Both the position numbers and the translations under genes were made by a program. 64,000 bases of DNA, from assembly GCA_964016885.1 (NCBI GenBank), contig OZ024741.1, forward strand, positions 286,502,001 through 286,566,000. The letters run 5' to 3'. The notes beneath the pieces were generated by a model, which did not search any database, was not told the origin of the DNA, and saw only the letters and a program-made list of their open reading frames with translations. Within the stretch, counting starts at the first letter, position 1, and each line of letters opens with the position of its first letter. Shown one piece after another: positions 28,969-43,780 of the stretch. Source of the DNA: Eledone cirrhosa (lineage: Eukaryota).

Positions 28969-29691
28969 CTAGTCGAATTACCCGCTCCTTGCTGCGTTTC
29001 ACACATATTATTGTAAGATAATGATGATTGATTTTAAATCAGTGATATAATTTATGGAGAAAAACTCTGCATTTCAATATTACTTAATGTAAAATGTAAT
29101 AATATATCAAATGTAATAATATATCAAATGTAATAATATATCAAATGTAATAATATATCAAATGTAATAATATATCAAATGTAATAATATATCAAATCAA
29201 AATTACAATATTAAATCTTATTCTAATTTTGTTTCTTGTAAATAATTTTTTTCAAAATATCAATTCAAAACTTTTGTGAATAGGCATCAAATCTTGTCAT
29301 TTACCTTTTAAATTTCATTTAAATCGAAGGGAAAAATTTTTCAGCGGGTGTTTGTGCCCCTGGGGAATCCTAATAGGGGGTTTATCCCCCATTAGGGTGT
29401 CTTAATATTATTGAAATTTGCTGAAATTTTCTGAATAGGTATCATATCTTGTCATTTACCTATGGTTTATATTTCATATAAGAGAGAGAATTTTCGGCGG
29501 GGATTTTCAGCGGGGGTTTGGGCTCCCCGGGGAACCCTTTGATTAAAATGAAATATACTTATCCAAGTACCGTGAGCAATGTAGTTTCAGAATATATATG
29601 GTTATGGGGGATCTATCTCCAAAACCATAGGAGGAGTTCGCGGACAAACAAACAAACAAACAGACAGGAACTACAACTTTATATATCTAGA
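28969..29691 (-). mobile_element. Non-autonomous Helitron
   Basis: Minus strand begins A|TC..ataaag..(TGTT)n and ends gcggg..CTAG|T; internal 18-bp repeat x5 at 29093-29195. Confidence 0.75.
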
Positions 29692-29703
29692 TATATATAT
29701 TAT

Positions 29704-29783
<80 letters not shown>

Positions 29784-29869
29784 ATATATATAAATATATA
29801 TATATAGATAAATATATATATATAAATATATATATATAAATATATATATATATACATATATATAAATAT

Positions 29870-29900
<31 letters not shown>

Positions 29901-29909
29901 AATATAAAT

Positions 29910-29960
<51 letters not shown>

Positions 29961-29985
29961 AATATAAATATATATATATATAAAT

Positions 29986-30018
<33 letters not shown>

Positions 30019-30021
30019 AAT

Positions 30022-30054
<33 letters not shown>

Positions 30055-30159
30055 AATATATATATATATAAATATATATATAATCTGTTTGCATGTAATT
30101 ATATATGGGAATATATGTGCGCGAGAATGTATTCAATATAGTATATATAGGGGTGTATA

Positions 30160-30197
<38 letters not shown>

Positions 30198-30594
30198 CAT
30201 GCGCGCGTACGTGTCTGTGAATATATATATATATATATATATATAGTGAGTGTGTGTGTGTGTGTGTGTGTGTTATTTACAGCGTAAATATACAACCCTC
30301 ACTTACAACATTTAAAAATCGAGGTGCCCAAGTAAAATGTACAAGACATGTTTGTTGTTGAACCTATATTGCTGGAGATATCTGGATTCTTTTGTCCTCT
30401 ATTGTTATGGTGAAGGAGTTGGCCACCTACAAGTGAATCACTTGAGTTGGAATGGCTATTACAGCGTGACTCACTTACTATTCTCAGGAATAATGCTTTC
30501 TCTCTTCTGTCAGCTAGACCATTAGGTAGCCTGAGGTTTTGCACGCCAAAGAACGTTTCTCCTACATTGTCCAGTCAACTGATATTGAGATGAT

Positions 30595-31165
30595 ACAGAG
30601 TCGTTAGAATTTTGTATAGAATTCTTTGTGGTATTCGTTTCGGCTCTCTGTTCTCTGAGTTCAAATCCCACCGAGGTCAACTTTGCCATTCATCCTTTCG
30701 TTGTCGATAAAATCAGTACCAGTCGAGTACTGGGGGTCGTTTCTTCCTCTATGTTTCCTTCTCACTTCCACTCTCTCGTTTTCTATTCTTCTCTGGAAGA
30801 AAACGGAGAAGAGATGGGCTCCGCCAGGTTGAAAAAGGGCCGATACGGTGCCCCTACGACACCCTCAGGAGTTATGCAACCATGCATGCATGTATACATA
30901 TCATTGAGATAGAGATGGTATATGTTGCAGATATTTAGGTTTACACATACTTAATGTTATTAATAAATACAGGTGGATTGGCAGTATCGGTAGAGGATCG
31001 GACGCCATGCTTTGCAGCACAGAGTTTCAGCCCTTTATGATATGAGTTCAAATCCCGCTGAGGTTAATTTTGCCTTTCATCCGTACGGGGTCGATAAAAT
31101 AAACTACCAGTCACGCACTGGGATCAAAATTGCTGGCCTTGACCCTATAAAAAAAACCGTTATTA
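30595..31165 (+). mobile_element. Two tRNA-derived SINEs (30595-30880, 30972-31165)
   Basis: B-box gagttcaaatccc and conserved body in each. Confidence 0.8.
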
Positions 31166-31406
31166 AGAAATACAACACAATTACAAGTTGATAAATATAG
31201 CGAAGTGTAGATAAGAGAAATGAGGAACTGGCAAATCAATACCTGAAAAGTGAAACCAATGTTTGAAGCTACATTAGTGTCGTGGTCTCTGCAGTTATCC
31301 GATCAACATAACATGTAGTTCGATTCCCGGTGGCGTTTTTGTCATATTTTACAAGTATACATAAAAAACACACACATAAATATATATATATATATAGATA
31401 TAGATA

Positions 31407-31622
31407 TAGAAGTGGTTAAACAACAGTTAGTTCACCATACCGAGGACAATTGTTTCACCTTAGCGGATCCTCAGCTCGTCCATTACGAGCTGAGGATCCG
31501 CTAAGGTGAAACAATTGTTCTCGGTATGGTGAACTAACTGTTGTGTAACCACTTCTACCTAACTCGTCCCATGGACTGAGTGCTCTACCACTACGGATAT
31601 TACCTTCCAGTGTTCTACCACT
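31407..31622 (+). mobile_element. HHR-bearing fold-back family L
   Basis: Arms 31407-31479/31485-31557, tail to 31622; cgag-CTGAGGA(31490)-tcc gctaa ggt-GAAA-caattg-TT-ctcg, and -TC-ctcg on the mirror arm. Confidence 0.88.
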
Positions 31623-31637
31623 ATATATATATATATA

Positions 31638-31810
31638 TAGGAAAAAGTTTAACCCCGACAGCAGAGCTCAAGCCGTTTCGACGGCTATTTCTGGACGTTG
31701 AAACGGCTTGAGCTCTGCCGTCGGGGTTAAACTTTTTCCTATTACCCACTCTACTCCCCTAAGTATTGGTGCGTTATGGTTCATCTGGTTCCTTACCACA
31801 CCTCCTTCGT
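31638..31810 (+). mobile_element. Fold-back family A, copy 10
   Basis: Arms taggaaaaagtttaacccc / ggggttaaactttttccta plus tail. Confidence 0.88.
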
Positions 31811-31812
31811 TT

Positions 31813-31860
<48 letters not shown>

Positions 31861-31906
31861 TGTATGTATGTATGTATGTATGGATGGATGGATGGATGGA
31901 TGTATG

Positions 31907-31937
<31 letters not shown>

Positions 31938-32034
31938 GGGGCGGTGGAACTGAGGGGCAGGGGGTAGACGGTCATGCAATCCCCCGCCCCAACCCTCCAA
32001 TAATTATATTTTCTCCCCAACCTTTATGCGTTAC

Positions 32035-32630
32035 AATTGTAGATATAGTGAGGGGTAGAGTTTGGTGTTAATTGATATATTGATATAGAGAGGGGCATTG
32101 GAAGAGAGTTCCGTGTTGTAGACATAGAGAGGGGTAGAGTTTGATGTTAATTGATATAAAGTGCTGTATTGGAAGAGAGTTCTGTGTAATAGATATAGTG
32201 AGGGGGGATAGTTTGGTGGTAATTGATATATAGAGAGGGATTGGGAGAGAGAGTGTCGTTTAGCAAATATAGAGTGGGGTAGATTTCAATTCTTTTTTTA
32301 TATAATAAGGGGGTTGGGGAAGATAAATATTGCTAAATATATAGAGGGGGACTGGATGAGACATTGTCGTAAGAGATAAAGAGGGGAAGTTTGTGATGGA
32401 TAGAGAGAGAACGAGGGAGTGTGTTAGCGATGGTGAGGGGAGAGTTTGGAGATGATTGATATAAAGGGGGTGATTAGGAGAGTCATTTGTATGTTAGATA
32501 TAGAGAAGGGAATAAGAGAGCTGGTGCCGTGGTAGATATAGAGAATGGGAGAGTTTGGTTTTAGTTGATACAGAGAGGTGGATTAAAAGAGTTTTGTGGG
32601 ATAGATATAGAGAGGAGAAGATTTTGGTGG
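32035..32630. repeat. Degenerate purine-rich tandem repeat (gatatagagagggg motif)
   Basis: Recurs roughly every 30-35 bp. Confidence 0.6.
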
Positions 32631-32730
32631 ATCATCATACAAGACTGGTGATGCTGTGAGTACGCAAATGAAACTTTAGAGTAACAGAGTTAACCAGTGG
32701 CTATAATAAATGAACGTATATATACATATA

Positions 32731-32784
<54 letters not shown>

Positions 32785-32785
<1 letters not shown>

Positions 32786-33214
32786 TAGACCTGAAAAATG
32801 CGCAAGCTCAAAAGAGCCACAGAATGTTATAATAAACCTTCAAAAGTGTGGGACTAGAGTTGTTGCTCAAAAATATTGCAATCATTATCTATCGTACACA
32901 CTGTGGCATCCTTTTATAAAAAAGAGACTCATACCGAACTCAAGACGACACGATAATTATTTAAGCTAATGTTCAATATCTCATATTAGATGTTTAGTAA
33001 TGATTAATACGCAATGCACTACTATTATTCACTTAAATAATTATCGTGTCGTCTTGAGTTCGTTATGAGTCTCTTTTTTATAAAAGGATGCCACAGAGTG
33101 TACGATAGATAATGATTACAATATTTTTGAGCAACAACTCTAGTCCCACACTTTTGAAGGTTTATTTATAACATTCTGTGGCTCTTTTGAGCTTGCGCAT
33201 TTTTCATGTCTAGT
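32785..33214. repeat. Long inverted repeat (~180-bp arms, ~65-bp spacer), no hammerhead core seen
   Basis: actagacctgaaaaatgcgc..tatttaag / cttaaata..gcgcatttttcatgtctagt. Confidence 0.9.
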
Positions 33215-33878
33215 TTAATATTTTTTAAGGCAACGCTTGTAATAACTCTAGTTAAACATGATATATATTAATAATAAATTATCGTTGTAATGTAATTAGA
33301 TTATATAATTGTTATTTTATAAATGATCTTATAAATATTATTGTAAGATGTATAAAATATTTTCAGACTTTTAATAGTTAGTATAAATTTTAAAAATCAT
33401 ATGTAAATTAACAATATAACTTACCAAAACGAGAAAAATATTTTGATGATAAACGACGAAATAGTGGAGGAAGATTCGAAAGCGAAACGATAAATAAACG
33501 TGCAAACAAAGTGGCGAATGTTTTTGAGCAACAATTACTCTTGTTGGTTGATTAGCCAATAAGACGATGAAATTAGCCAATAAGACGATACATTACAAAA
33601 GATGTTTGGGAGGCATCACCACGGCCAGCGATACCCCTTGAATATTTTATTCACAAGCTAGTATGTATGTCATATCATGTCAGACACGCAGACTTAAAAC
33701 ATTCTATTGTTAGTCACTGCGTGTCTAACAGTTATATATAGGAGATGAATAAATTGGGTATAATGCCAGTTTATTACCAAATGTGGAGAAGCTCGGTATA
33801 TTAACCCCTTAGGAAAGGGTACAGACAATAATTTTTTTTAAATGATATATACATATATATACATATATATACACATAT

Positions 33879-33961
<83 letters not shown>

Positions 33962-34225
33962 TTCATAGGCTCCTTTCGGTCACGGTTCACCACGGGTTTC
34001 CAGTTGTTTTTGTGTAAAAACCAGTAGTCGCCCATGTATACCTGTCTCCCCTCACTAGGCCGCAGGTTTGTCCACAAGAAAGGCAATGGCTTATACAGTT
34101 TGGTGCCATTGACGTTGCAACTCATATGTTTTCAGCTGAGTGAACTGGGGTAACATAAAATAAAGTGTGAATCGAACTCAATTTCCCGATTGTGATATAA
34201 ACTCTCTAGCCCTAAAATCATGCCA

Positions 34226-34309
<84 letters not shown>

Positions 34310-34472
34310 CACACACATTAATATATACGTAAACGAAATGATGAACACAATTTGAAATGTATGAAAAACAAGCTTCATCGAATTTCTGACGTTTTTTACA
34401 AAAGAAAAATACTCTAAATATTAAACTATTTTTCTATAGTCAAATCAATTCGATGAAATGTTGGTTTTTGCC

Positions 34473-34577
34473 TGATTAACAGGTCTGATGAGCAGATTGG
34501 CGTTGAAGTCAGGTCTATAACTCTGATATAGATCCTGACCTACCCATCTGTGAAACGTTCGTAACTGAGCCTAATCA
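34473..34577 (+). ncRNA. Type I hammerhead motif with very long stem II and extended stem I (family M)
   Basis: tgatta..ggt-CTGATGA(34485)-gcagat..gtcaggtctata/tatagatcctgac..atctgt-GAAA(34552)-cgttcg-TA-act..taatca; a 3' half copy lies at 28363-28437. Confidence 0.7.
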
Positions 34578-34769
34578 ATAAAAATCAAAATGTGAAACCT
34601 CGTTTTGCTCTTAACATATATATGTATATGTATATATGTTTATATGTGTGTGCGTGTGTGTGTGTATGTATGTATATATATATATCGACAGTCGATCGAC
34701 TTTCGTCAAATCGGACCGAGGAAACAATGTTTCCGTTAATCTTTCCAATTGCTAATACTATCTATCGGT

Positions 34770-34908
34770 CGCAACTCCATGTAGAAAGAGCAACGTGAAA
34801 ATAAAGTGTCTTGCTCAAGGACATAACACATCACCCGGTCTAGGAATCGAACTCGTAACCTCACGATTGCGAATCCAATTCTCTCACCACTCGGCCACGC
34901 GCCTTCAC
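34770..34908 (-). mobile_element. Second tRNA-derived SINE family
   Basis: Minus strand ggcgcgtggccgagtgg (A-box), gagttcgattcc (B-box), tgtccttgagcaagacactt; relatives near 47265-47400 and 53140-53390. Confidence 0.75.
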
Positions 34909-34982
<74 letters not shown>

Positions 34983-35415
34983 ACACATACGTGTGTATAT
35001 ATCTATGTGTATGTGTCCAAGTGTACATGCATTTGTTGTTGTTGTGGGTATGGGGGTTGTTAGTATTCTATCGTCTGAGAAAATGATCGACTATGTTTTC
35101 AGACAATTATCATAAACATTATAAATTGGTAAGACTGCTAGTTACGTCATAACCAGCAGTACAAAAACAAACCTTACATCCCATATGGGACACACATGGG
35201 TAAGTTTGATGTTTTGATGGTGCATGTGCAGGCAGGTCAGATTGTTTCTGCTATACTCTTAGCTTCTCTGATTCTCAACAGCTATAGTTGTTGACGTAAA
35301 TTAATATTTGAGTAAATTAGTATTAACTCATATTAAAATGTAAATATTAGTATTCAATAGAAAACTCTTAGTTTGCGTAATGTATATATTTATAAACACA
35401 CATACACACACACAT

Positions 35416-35484
<69 letters not shown>

Positions 35485-36299
35485 CACTCACACACACACT
35501 CATAGATACGTAGACATATATATACATATGCATTTTTATGTTTGAGAGTGTTTGCGCGTATGTATGTATATATTCATGCATGTATATACATGTTCGTTCA
35601 TTCATGCATATCATACATACATACTCACATGCATACATATACACATTCATATGCATACTCACATGAATACATCCACACATACATACATGCATACATACAT
35701 ACAAACATGCGTACATACAGACAGACACGCACACATACATACACACACACACATACATACATACATACATACATACATACATACATACATACATACATAC
35801 ATACATACATACATACATACATACGTGGTTTCTTATTATAAGTTGCAGAAGGACTAGTTTTAAAGAGAACACCAGATTGCTGTATAAGAATGATATATTA
35901 TTCCATCATTACGTCAGAAATGAAAGATTTGTACATGTTAAACAACCTGTTACATCGATGGAAGAGGATGCATCTCAGTAGCAATAATATACACAATGTG
36001 TAAATAAATATATTTATATCTTACAACCATCCGGAAGCGCTTTATGGATAATAGCAGCAGGGTTTGTTAGAACTTTAATTGTGCCGTATTGTCGACATAA
36101 GGTTACACAGGTTTCACTGGAAAAGGCACTTGATAACACATCCCCCTGTGGTTATATTCATGGAATGGCGACAATCATTTAGAAGCAGAATGGTAACAGT
36201 TTGTTTGTAGATTAGTCCCCAGCGTCAATAGAGACAGATTTTCGTTAGACATGTAAGTTTTCAATCAAGACAAATTGACACTATTGCACTCTATATAAC

Positions 36300-37085
36300 A
36301 AACAGTTTCCACTCAAAACAGACAAGCCTTTAGTCAAGACGGTTCCATACAAGGTCACACCACAATCAAATTTGTTCCACTTGAAAACCTGCCCCAATGA
36401 CACCTACGCATTGACATATTTCTACTCAAGACAGATCCCATAAGACACGCCTCTAATCAGGACAGGTCCATATTAAAATTGTTCTTCAATAAAGTTAATT
36501 CTAAATTAAGACACGCCTCATTCGAGGCAATTGCACAAAAAGACTTTCAGTAAAGACAACTTCACACAGACACGCCTCCTATCAAAATGGATCCACGTAA
36601 AGATACGCCTCTTAGCAGTATATGTCCACGCCAAGACACACCTTCTATCAAGATACTCCTGTTTACAATACAGGTCCACACCAAGATACGCCTTCAATCA
36701 AGACGGATCCATACAAGGACACCCCTCTTAGCAATACATATCCAAACTAAGACACACCTTCAATCAAGACACTTCCATACAAAGATATGCCTATTAGTAA
36801 TACCTGTGCGTACCAGGACACGCCTCTTAACAATTCTTGTCCACACTAAGACACATCTCCTATCATAACAAACATAAAGACATGCCTCTTAGCAACACAT
36901 GTCCACACTAAGACACGCCTTCAATCAGGACAGTTTCATACGAAGATATGCCTCTTAGGAATACCTGGCCACGCCAAGACACGTCTCTTAGCAATTCTTA
37001 TCCACACTAAGACACATAAAGGCATGCCTCTTACCAATACACTGTTTACACTATGACACTCTTCTAAGTAAGACAACTCTCAACT
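36300..37085. repeat. Degenerate ~30-bp tandem repeat (gtccacactaagacacgcctcttagcaata-like)
   Basis: aagacac/aagatac gcct motif recurs more than 20 times. Confidence 0.75.
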
Positions 37086-37639
37086 AAAACAAGTTGTTCA
37101 ACGTTTCCAACATGCCAGACCTTCCCAACTATATTTTGGCAGGATTTATAAAAGGAGTTGTAACTTTTGGTTTTGTGAAATGTATGGATGGTAACAGTTG
37201 ACGAATTAGCAAAATCGGTGAAACGTCAAATAGAGTATTTTGCGGTATTTGTTCCGCCTTACTAAGCTAACTTCAAATCCCTGGGGGTCAACTTTGCCTT
37301 TCATCCCATCAAAACCGATAAAAAGCACCAATCCATTTACTGGAGTAGATACCCCCGTCTTTCTCTCCCATTCTCTGAAGGAAATCGGCTGCGTTCAAAT
37401 TTGACAGGGGATGAGTTCCACAAAGTTTCAAATGGCTGCAAGTCACAACGACACACCCATGATTCCACAAGGAATTGCGGGTCCATACATATACGTGCAT
37501 GCAGCACAATAATATTCTATCAACATTAAGACTTACAACCACGTATAACATTTCGAAGCAGTGCCATGATTTTCGTGATGTCCTAACTGCATTCCTCTCT
37601 TCAAAACTCAGCATCTGCTAGCGTGCATACATACATACA

Positions 37640-38155
37640 TGATGGCTGCAAACTCTGCTAAGAGACTGCAATCGCTTGTCAGATTATAGAGTTTGGTGCA
37701 CTTTTAGTCTACGGCCAGTCACACAAACCTGTAACATATCCTGAACGAGCAATGCCTGTGCTTTGAAGGTTTTTAAGTGGGGAAAGGCCTTGCACTCGAC
37801 CAATCCCACTCGCTGAGCATCGAAAACACTACCTGAAAAGGAAAACTGGTCAACATCATCGGATGCATCCGAAGCCGCGGGGTTTTTTTTGTTGGGTTTT
37901 TTTCAGAGTTTCCCTCTCCTAGAAAGGTGTTGTGACAACTGGGGGCCTTTCACTCCGATGTAAAAAAAAGTACTATTTGGATGGCCGTTTACTCCGTTGA
38001 GTTGCCCCGCCCTTTGCCAGGTCTTGTATTTCCTCCTGCAGGATGTCCAAATATCAAGCTTGGTGGGGTTGCCGGTTTAGTCGCCGACGACCCGACCATG
38101 AGACAGGTTGTACTAGGTTACATGTTACCAGTAGCACTCGAGAGAAATCTGGCAT
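37640..38155 (-). mobile_element. Probable RTE-type 5' UTR-derived element between (CATA)n repeats
   Basis: Minus strand ctaggagagggaaactctg resembles RTE 5' UTR motifs; catacatacatacat on both sides. Confidence 0.35.
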
Positions 38156-38339
38156 ACATACATACATAATCAACGTCACCAGTCGCACATACTGGCGTGG
38201 GTGTCTATTCATTAAATTTAGGATGAATACTATCTCCAACAGTAATGCCACAACTATCTGTCGTGTTGAATAACTGAATATTCTTCTAATTATACTTACT
38301 GAAGTCACCTTTTATTCAAATTCGTAGAGATATCCGACT

Positions 38340-41300
38340 AAATACTTAATTCATTTCACAAGGATTTGCTACAAACAACATGGCTGAACACATCAACATT
38401 AATGAAATACCAAAGAAAAAGAACAACTTTAAAGCTAAACAGAATTTCTTTAGTTGTAGCAACAGCAGGAACTGAAATTATAAATCGCATTTCTCTTGGA
38501 GTTACGAACTTAATAGTGATTTATTTAATTGTTATAAAATGGCAAAAAAATCCCTCCGTTGGCTATATGAACAGAATGAAGCTATACTGGGACGAAATAC
38601 ATCTAAAGATAAATCACTTTGCAGTCAAACAATTACGTGAACATGCAGTCAACAACATATGCTACAGGTCACCCTGTTTGTAGACTTTCTAGCAGCCAGG
38701 CAGAACATCAACAAACAATGGCAATACACAAACAGTCCCTTGAAACAACTATGCCGGTAAGAAATTTGACACCACATGTATCAACTGATTCTACTTCAAC
38801 TGTTGTGGAAAACACTGTTAATACGTCTGCCATTAGCTTGGAAAATCAAGAGTATAAACAATTGAAATATACTCTCAACGAAACTTTTCAAAGAGAAATT
38901 AATTCATGTATAAACATTTCTCACAGAATGATATAAAACAACAATATTAAACAAAATAAAACCAAATAATGAAATCCTGCGTGCTATTGATGAATTTGAG
39001 GGTGAATATTTACGACGAATTAAAACTCCTACATTTGGGCAAATCAACGTCTCTTTATATGCCCTGGAAACGATAGTGAAATAATATCTTGGTAATAACA
39101 GAGATATTAACAAAAACAAAGCACCACCAAAAACATCATCATATATAACTAAAATAGAAAAAAGATTACTTAACAACGGAAAATTATAGAATATGTAACA
39201 ATGACCCATACATGCAAACAAAAACAAAAAAAAAACTACACTCTTCACCAACAAAGAGTGAAAAATAAAGTAGAAAGGATATTCGGAGATAGTACAGCCA
39301 AAATTCTTCAAAATAAGCTGATCACCCTGAAACAAAAATTGAGAACTGTCAGCGAGAAACTTCGATACCAGAAGAGGGTAGCTGAAAGAAAAATAATTAA
39401 TAAAAGATTCAGACGAAACCAAACATCAGTCTATAAAGATAGGAAGGGCAAAGTAATAAATGTCACTGAGGCCCCATCCCAGAAAGACAGATTCCTTCTG
39501 GAGAAAGATATGGGGAGAAAAGATATTCATAAGAGCTACTGCCTCTACACAACAACAAAAACATAAAGAATAAATGATGATACCCTTGAGACTGTGATAG
39601 AAAAGCTCCAAGATATGAAAACACGAGGAAGAGACTTGATTCTCGGCTACTGGTACAAAAAACTGACACTCTATTGGATGTATCGCATCAACTTCTACCA
39701 GCAAGCTCTCGTGGGTGATGCACATATACCAGTGTAGTTGACATTAGCACAAACAATATTGGTCTCCAAGAACAAAGATACCCACTTGGCAAAATACTAC
39801 CGACCCATTGCATGCCAGAACCTGATGTATAAAATGTATACAGCCTGCCTGAACCTATTTCTCCCAGATCAATGCGACAGTAATAACATCATCACAGATA
39901 AGCAAGCAGCTGAGAGGAAAGTTTGTTTGGAGATGTGCTGAACAACTTCTAATCAACAAAACCGCAATATCAGAGGTGCGACAACTTAGGAGGAATATGG
40001 TTACAGTCTGGCTGGATTACGGGAAAGCATTTGATTCTGTTCCCCACCCTGGGATGATAGAGACTCTTCGACTTGCTAAAGTCCCAGACACTATTATCAG
40101 AGCCATAAAGAACCTATCTTCTTCTGGGGCTACTATCCTAAAGTTAAAAACGGAGAAGGAGGACTCTATTTTCATTGACAGTAGTATATTTCAAGGAGAC
40201 AATCACTCTGTGCTACTATTTATTTTGTAATTAAACCCCTTGTCCATTCTGCTCATGAACTGTGAAGGGTACATAATTGGCTCACAAGAGAACAAAAATA
40301 CGAACCTAACCCATATTTTCTTTGTGGATGACCTGAAAATTTATAATGTTCAAACCCGAAAAATCTTAAACAACACCGGACACTTCCACGTCAACATACG
40401 CCTTTAATTGGAACGTAAGCAAGGAAACAGAGGCCTAACATCAATCCAGACAGCATTTGAATGTCGCATCATATCCCTCCAACAACATCTACGGACCTCC
40501 AAGCGTAGGAGCCCATCTATTAAGCAAGTCTATCTGCATGAGACAGATCAGATCATGAGGATTGGAAAAGAACTCCTTGAAAAATACTCCCTGCATGATA
40601 ATCAAAAGCTCACACACTGGTAAATTGCATAGAAATACCATGGATGAAAAACTGCATGCTTATCAATAAAATATCATGCATGAATATGTTGCCAGGTGGC
40701 TCCAGAGTGAGAGTAATATAGATAAGCAAAGTATTCTATCTTGGACCAACAACCGCTATATTGGCTGTCACTTTGAAAGATATGCTTTTGCAATCCAAGA
40801 ACAGGAAATCAATACAAAATACCTGATTCACAAAAGAGATAGGGATGCAGGCAAAGCACGTAGATGTGACAGCAAATACAGACTCTGCAAAATTAACTTC
40901 GAAGATGTCACCCATCTCATAAGCAGCTGTCCAAAGATGTCATCACGGTACTATCTACTTATGGTACACTAAAGTACACTTATGATACATTAACGTACAC
41001 TTGGCCAAAACACTATACAATGCTATTCGTTGAAAAGATTGCCCCGACGGTAAACATATTAGATATTACAGCAATGTGGAAGATATACATACATAATATG
41101 AAAGAGTACTGGTGGATTATTCCAGTCAAAACCCCCCCAAAAATGCAAACATAACAAACCAGATATAATGAAATTGGACAAGGAAAAGAAGGCATGCACA
41201 GTAGTGGAAATCACTTGCCTAACAGATTCCAATATAATTTTAAAGATTAGGGAAAAGGAGAATATCTATACAGAACTAATGAGAAATCTGCAGATACTCC

Positions 41301-41770
41301 ACTCTGAAAATATCCTCAGAGGCATACCTGTGATTATTGGAGCAGTGGGATATGTTAGTAACTGCCTCAGTACAAATATTGAGATGCTGGGCATCAATGA
41401 ACCAGAAAGAACACGACTAGTTAGGAAATTATAAATACAATCCATTAATGGAACAGTAAAAATGGGTAAAACATTCCAAACATTCTTTATGTACACATGT
41501 ATAGATACAAAGCATATAAACATGCACACATATATAATTCAAAACCTCCACACATACAATAACATCTATACCTACACACACGCACGCATGCAGACATACA
41601 TAGATATCTAACCAGTTGATGCTGTCTAACTTCCAATGAAAGAGTCTTGTGTCTATGTTAGAAACTGACTCTCTCTCTCTCGATTGGTAACAATTTATCA
41701 AATTATAAAACCAGAAGAAAATGCGTAGCTGTGACATGTAAATAGTGGAGAACAGCATGAAATGATGGGC
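38340..41770 (+). mobile_element. Decayed, near full-length R4/Dong-clade non-LTR retrotransposon
   Basis: GYMNRMKLYWDE, GYWYKKL, YRPIACQNLMYK, WLDYGKAFDSVPH, IFQGD, HIFFVDDLKIY, GNRGL, RLCK..E..HLISSC zinc knuckle, KPDI..VVEITC endonuclease; many stops and frameshifts. Confidence 0.88.
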
Positions 41771-41974
41771 ATAGCTGACAATTGCGATAACTCTTCTAAA
41801 CCCACAAAAATACTCAGACAGAAAATACATAGCTTTAATAAGATGCATGAACGCATGCGAAGACAGAATCACACAAAAAAAGCGCTCGCACACACATGTA
41901 GACAAACCTATACACAATCGTACAACCATATATATATATATATATATATATATGCGTGTGTGTGTGTGTGTGTA

Positions 41975-42032
<58 letters not shown>

Positions 42033-42110
42033 TCTATCTATATCTATATAAGTATATACATATATATCTATATAAATATATATAAACATACATATACATA
42101 AAAAAACATA

Positions 42111-42159
<49 letters not shown>

Positions 42160-42163
42160 ATAC

Positions 42164-42256
<93 letters not shown>

Positions 42257-42389
42257 GAGGTATCCACTGTAAGTTGTGGGGTCTATTCTGTATGAAGAAC
42301 TAATTATATTATAGTACATATCTATACTATATAAGTATATACATATATATCTATATAAATATATATATATAAACATACATATACATAAA

Positions 42390-42446
<57 letters not shown>

Positions 42447-42449
42447 ATA

Positions 42450-42547
<98 letters not shown>

Positions 42548-42693
42548 CATATACATTTGTATACACATAGATACAAACATACAATTTTACTGAATTCTTT
42601 AAAGCTATTAAACCAAATAAAGAATATACCACACAACTCACTCACACACATACAGACATATATATATATATACATACATGCATACATACATAC

Positions 42694-42724
<31 letters not shown>

Positions 42725-42788
42725 CATTCATACATCATCACAAATACACATTCTTACATTTGTGCCTTCTATAAATACTCCCAAATGC

Positions 42789-42827
<39 letters not shown>

Positions 42828-42832
<5 letters not shown>

Positions 42833-43020
42833 AAATGTTTGACACCGACGGCAGAGCTCAAGCCGTTTCGACAGCTATTTCTGTGTCCAGAAATAGCTGT
42901 CGAAACGGCTTGAGCTCTGCCGTCGGGATCAAACATTTTCCTATTACCCACTCTACTGCCCTAAGTATTGAGTACTCTGGTGCGTTATGGTCCATCTGGT
43001 TCCTTACCACACATCCTTCG

Positions 43021-43021
<1 letters not shown>
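42828..43021 (+). mobile_element. Fold-back family A, copy 11
   Basis: Arms with acagctatttctg/cagaaatagctgt variant plus tail. Confidence 0.88.
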
Positions 43022-43066
<45 letters not shown>

Positions 43067-43714
43067 GTTCGTACATACATACACACATGCATACGTAGAC
43101 AAACGCACACACATATATATATACATAGAGGCATACATAACATACATAGACATGCATTCATACGTGCATACATGCATATATAAATGTATACATACACACA
43201 TACATATATATACATACATACATACATACATCGATACATTCATACATACATTGATAATCAGTTTGTGTGCGTATAATTACTGACAGGCACCGAGCCGCAC
43301 CTATACCACATCCATGCCGCACCCCACCCCCAGCAGCTACAAAGCTTGAGAATGTGGTCACAAGATCTGCATTAGTGAAGAAATTGTGAACTAAATATAA
43401 GACCGGAAGTCAGAGATTGCGTTCTATTAAATAGACCGTGACCTATCGTAAAGTATCTCAGGCTGTGTGACGTTGGTGCCAATTTGGTGTTGGTTCGCTG
43501 GTTGAAAACTACAACTACATTCTCGACACCATGACGCATAAACGGAATTAATGATAGACAAAAAAAGACTCCACATGTCTCTCTCTATATATATATAATA
43601 TATATATATATATGTATGTATGTATATATATATTATATATATATATGTGTATATATATTATATATATATATATTTGTCGTACTGCCTCTCTGTTCTGTCC
43701 CTGTTCAATTTTTT

Positions 43715-43780
<66 letters not shown>

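Noticed and set aside
38060-38150. Possible HDV-like or twister ribozyme at the 5' end of the RTE-like element
   Set aside because: A small hairpin plus ctaa is present, but the nested pseudoknot could not be built by eye; needs an Infernal search.
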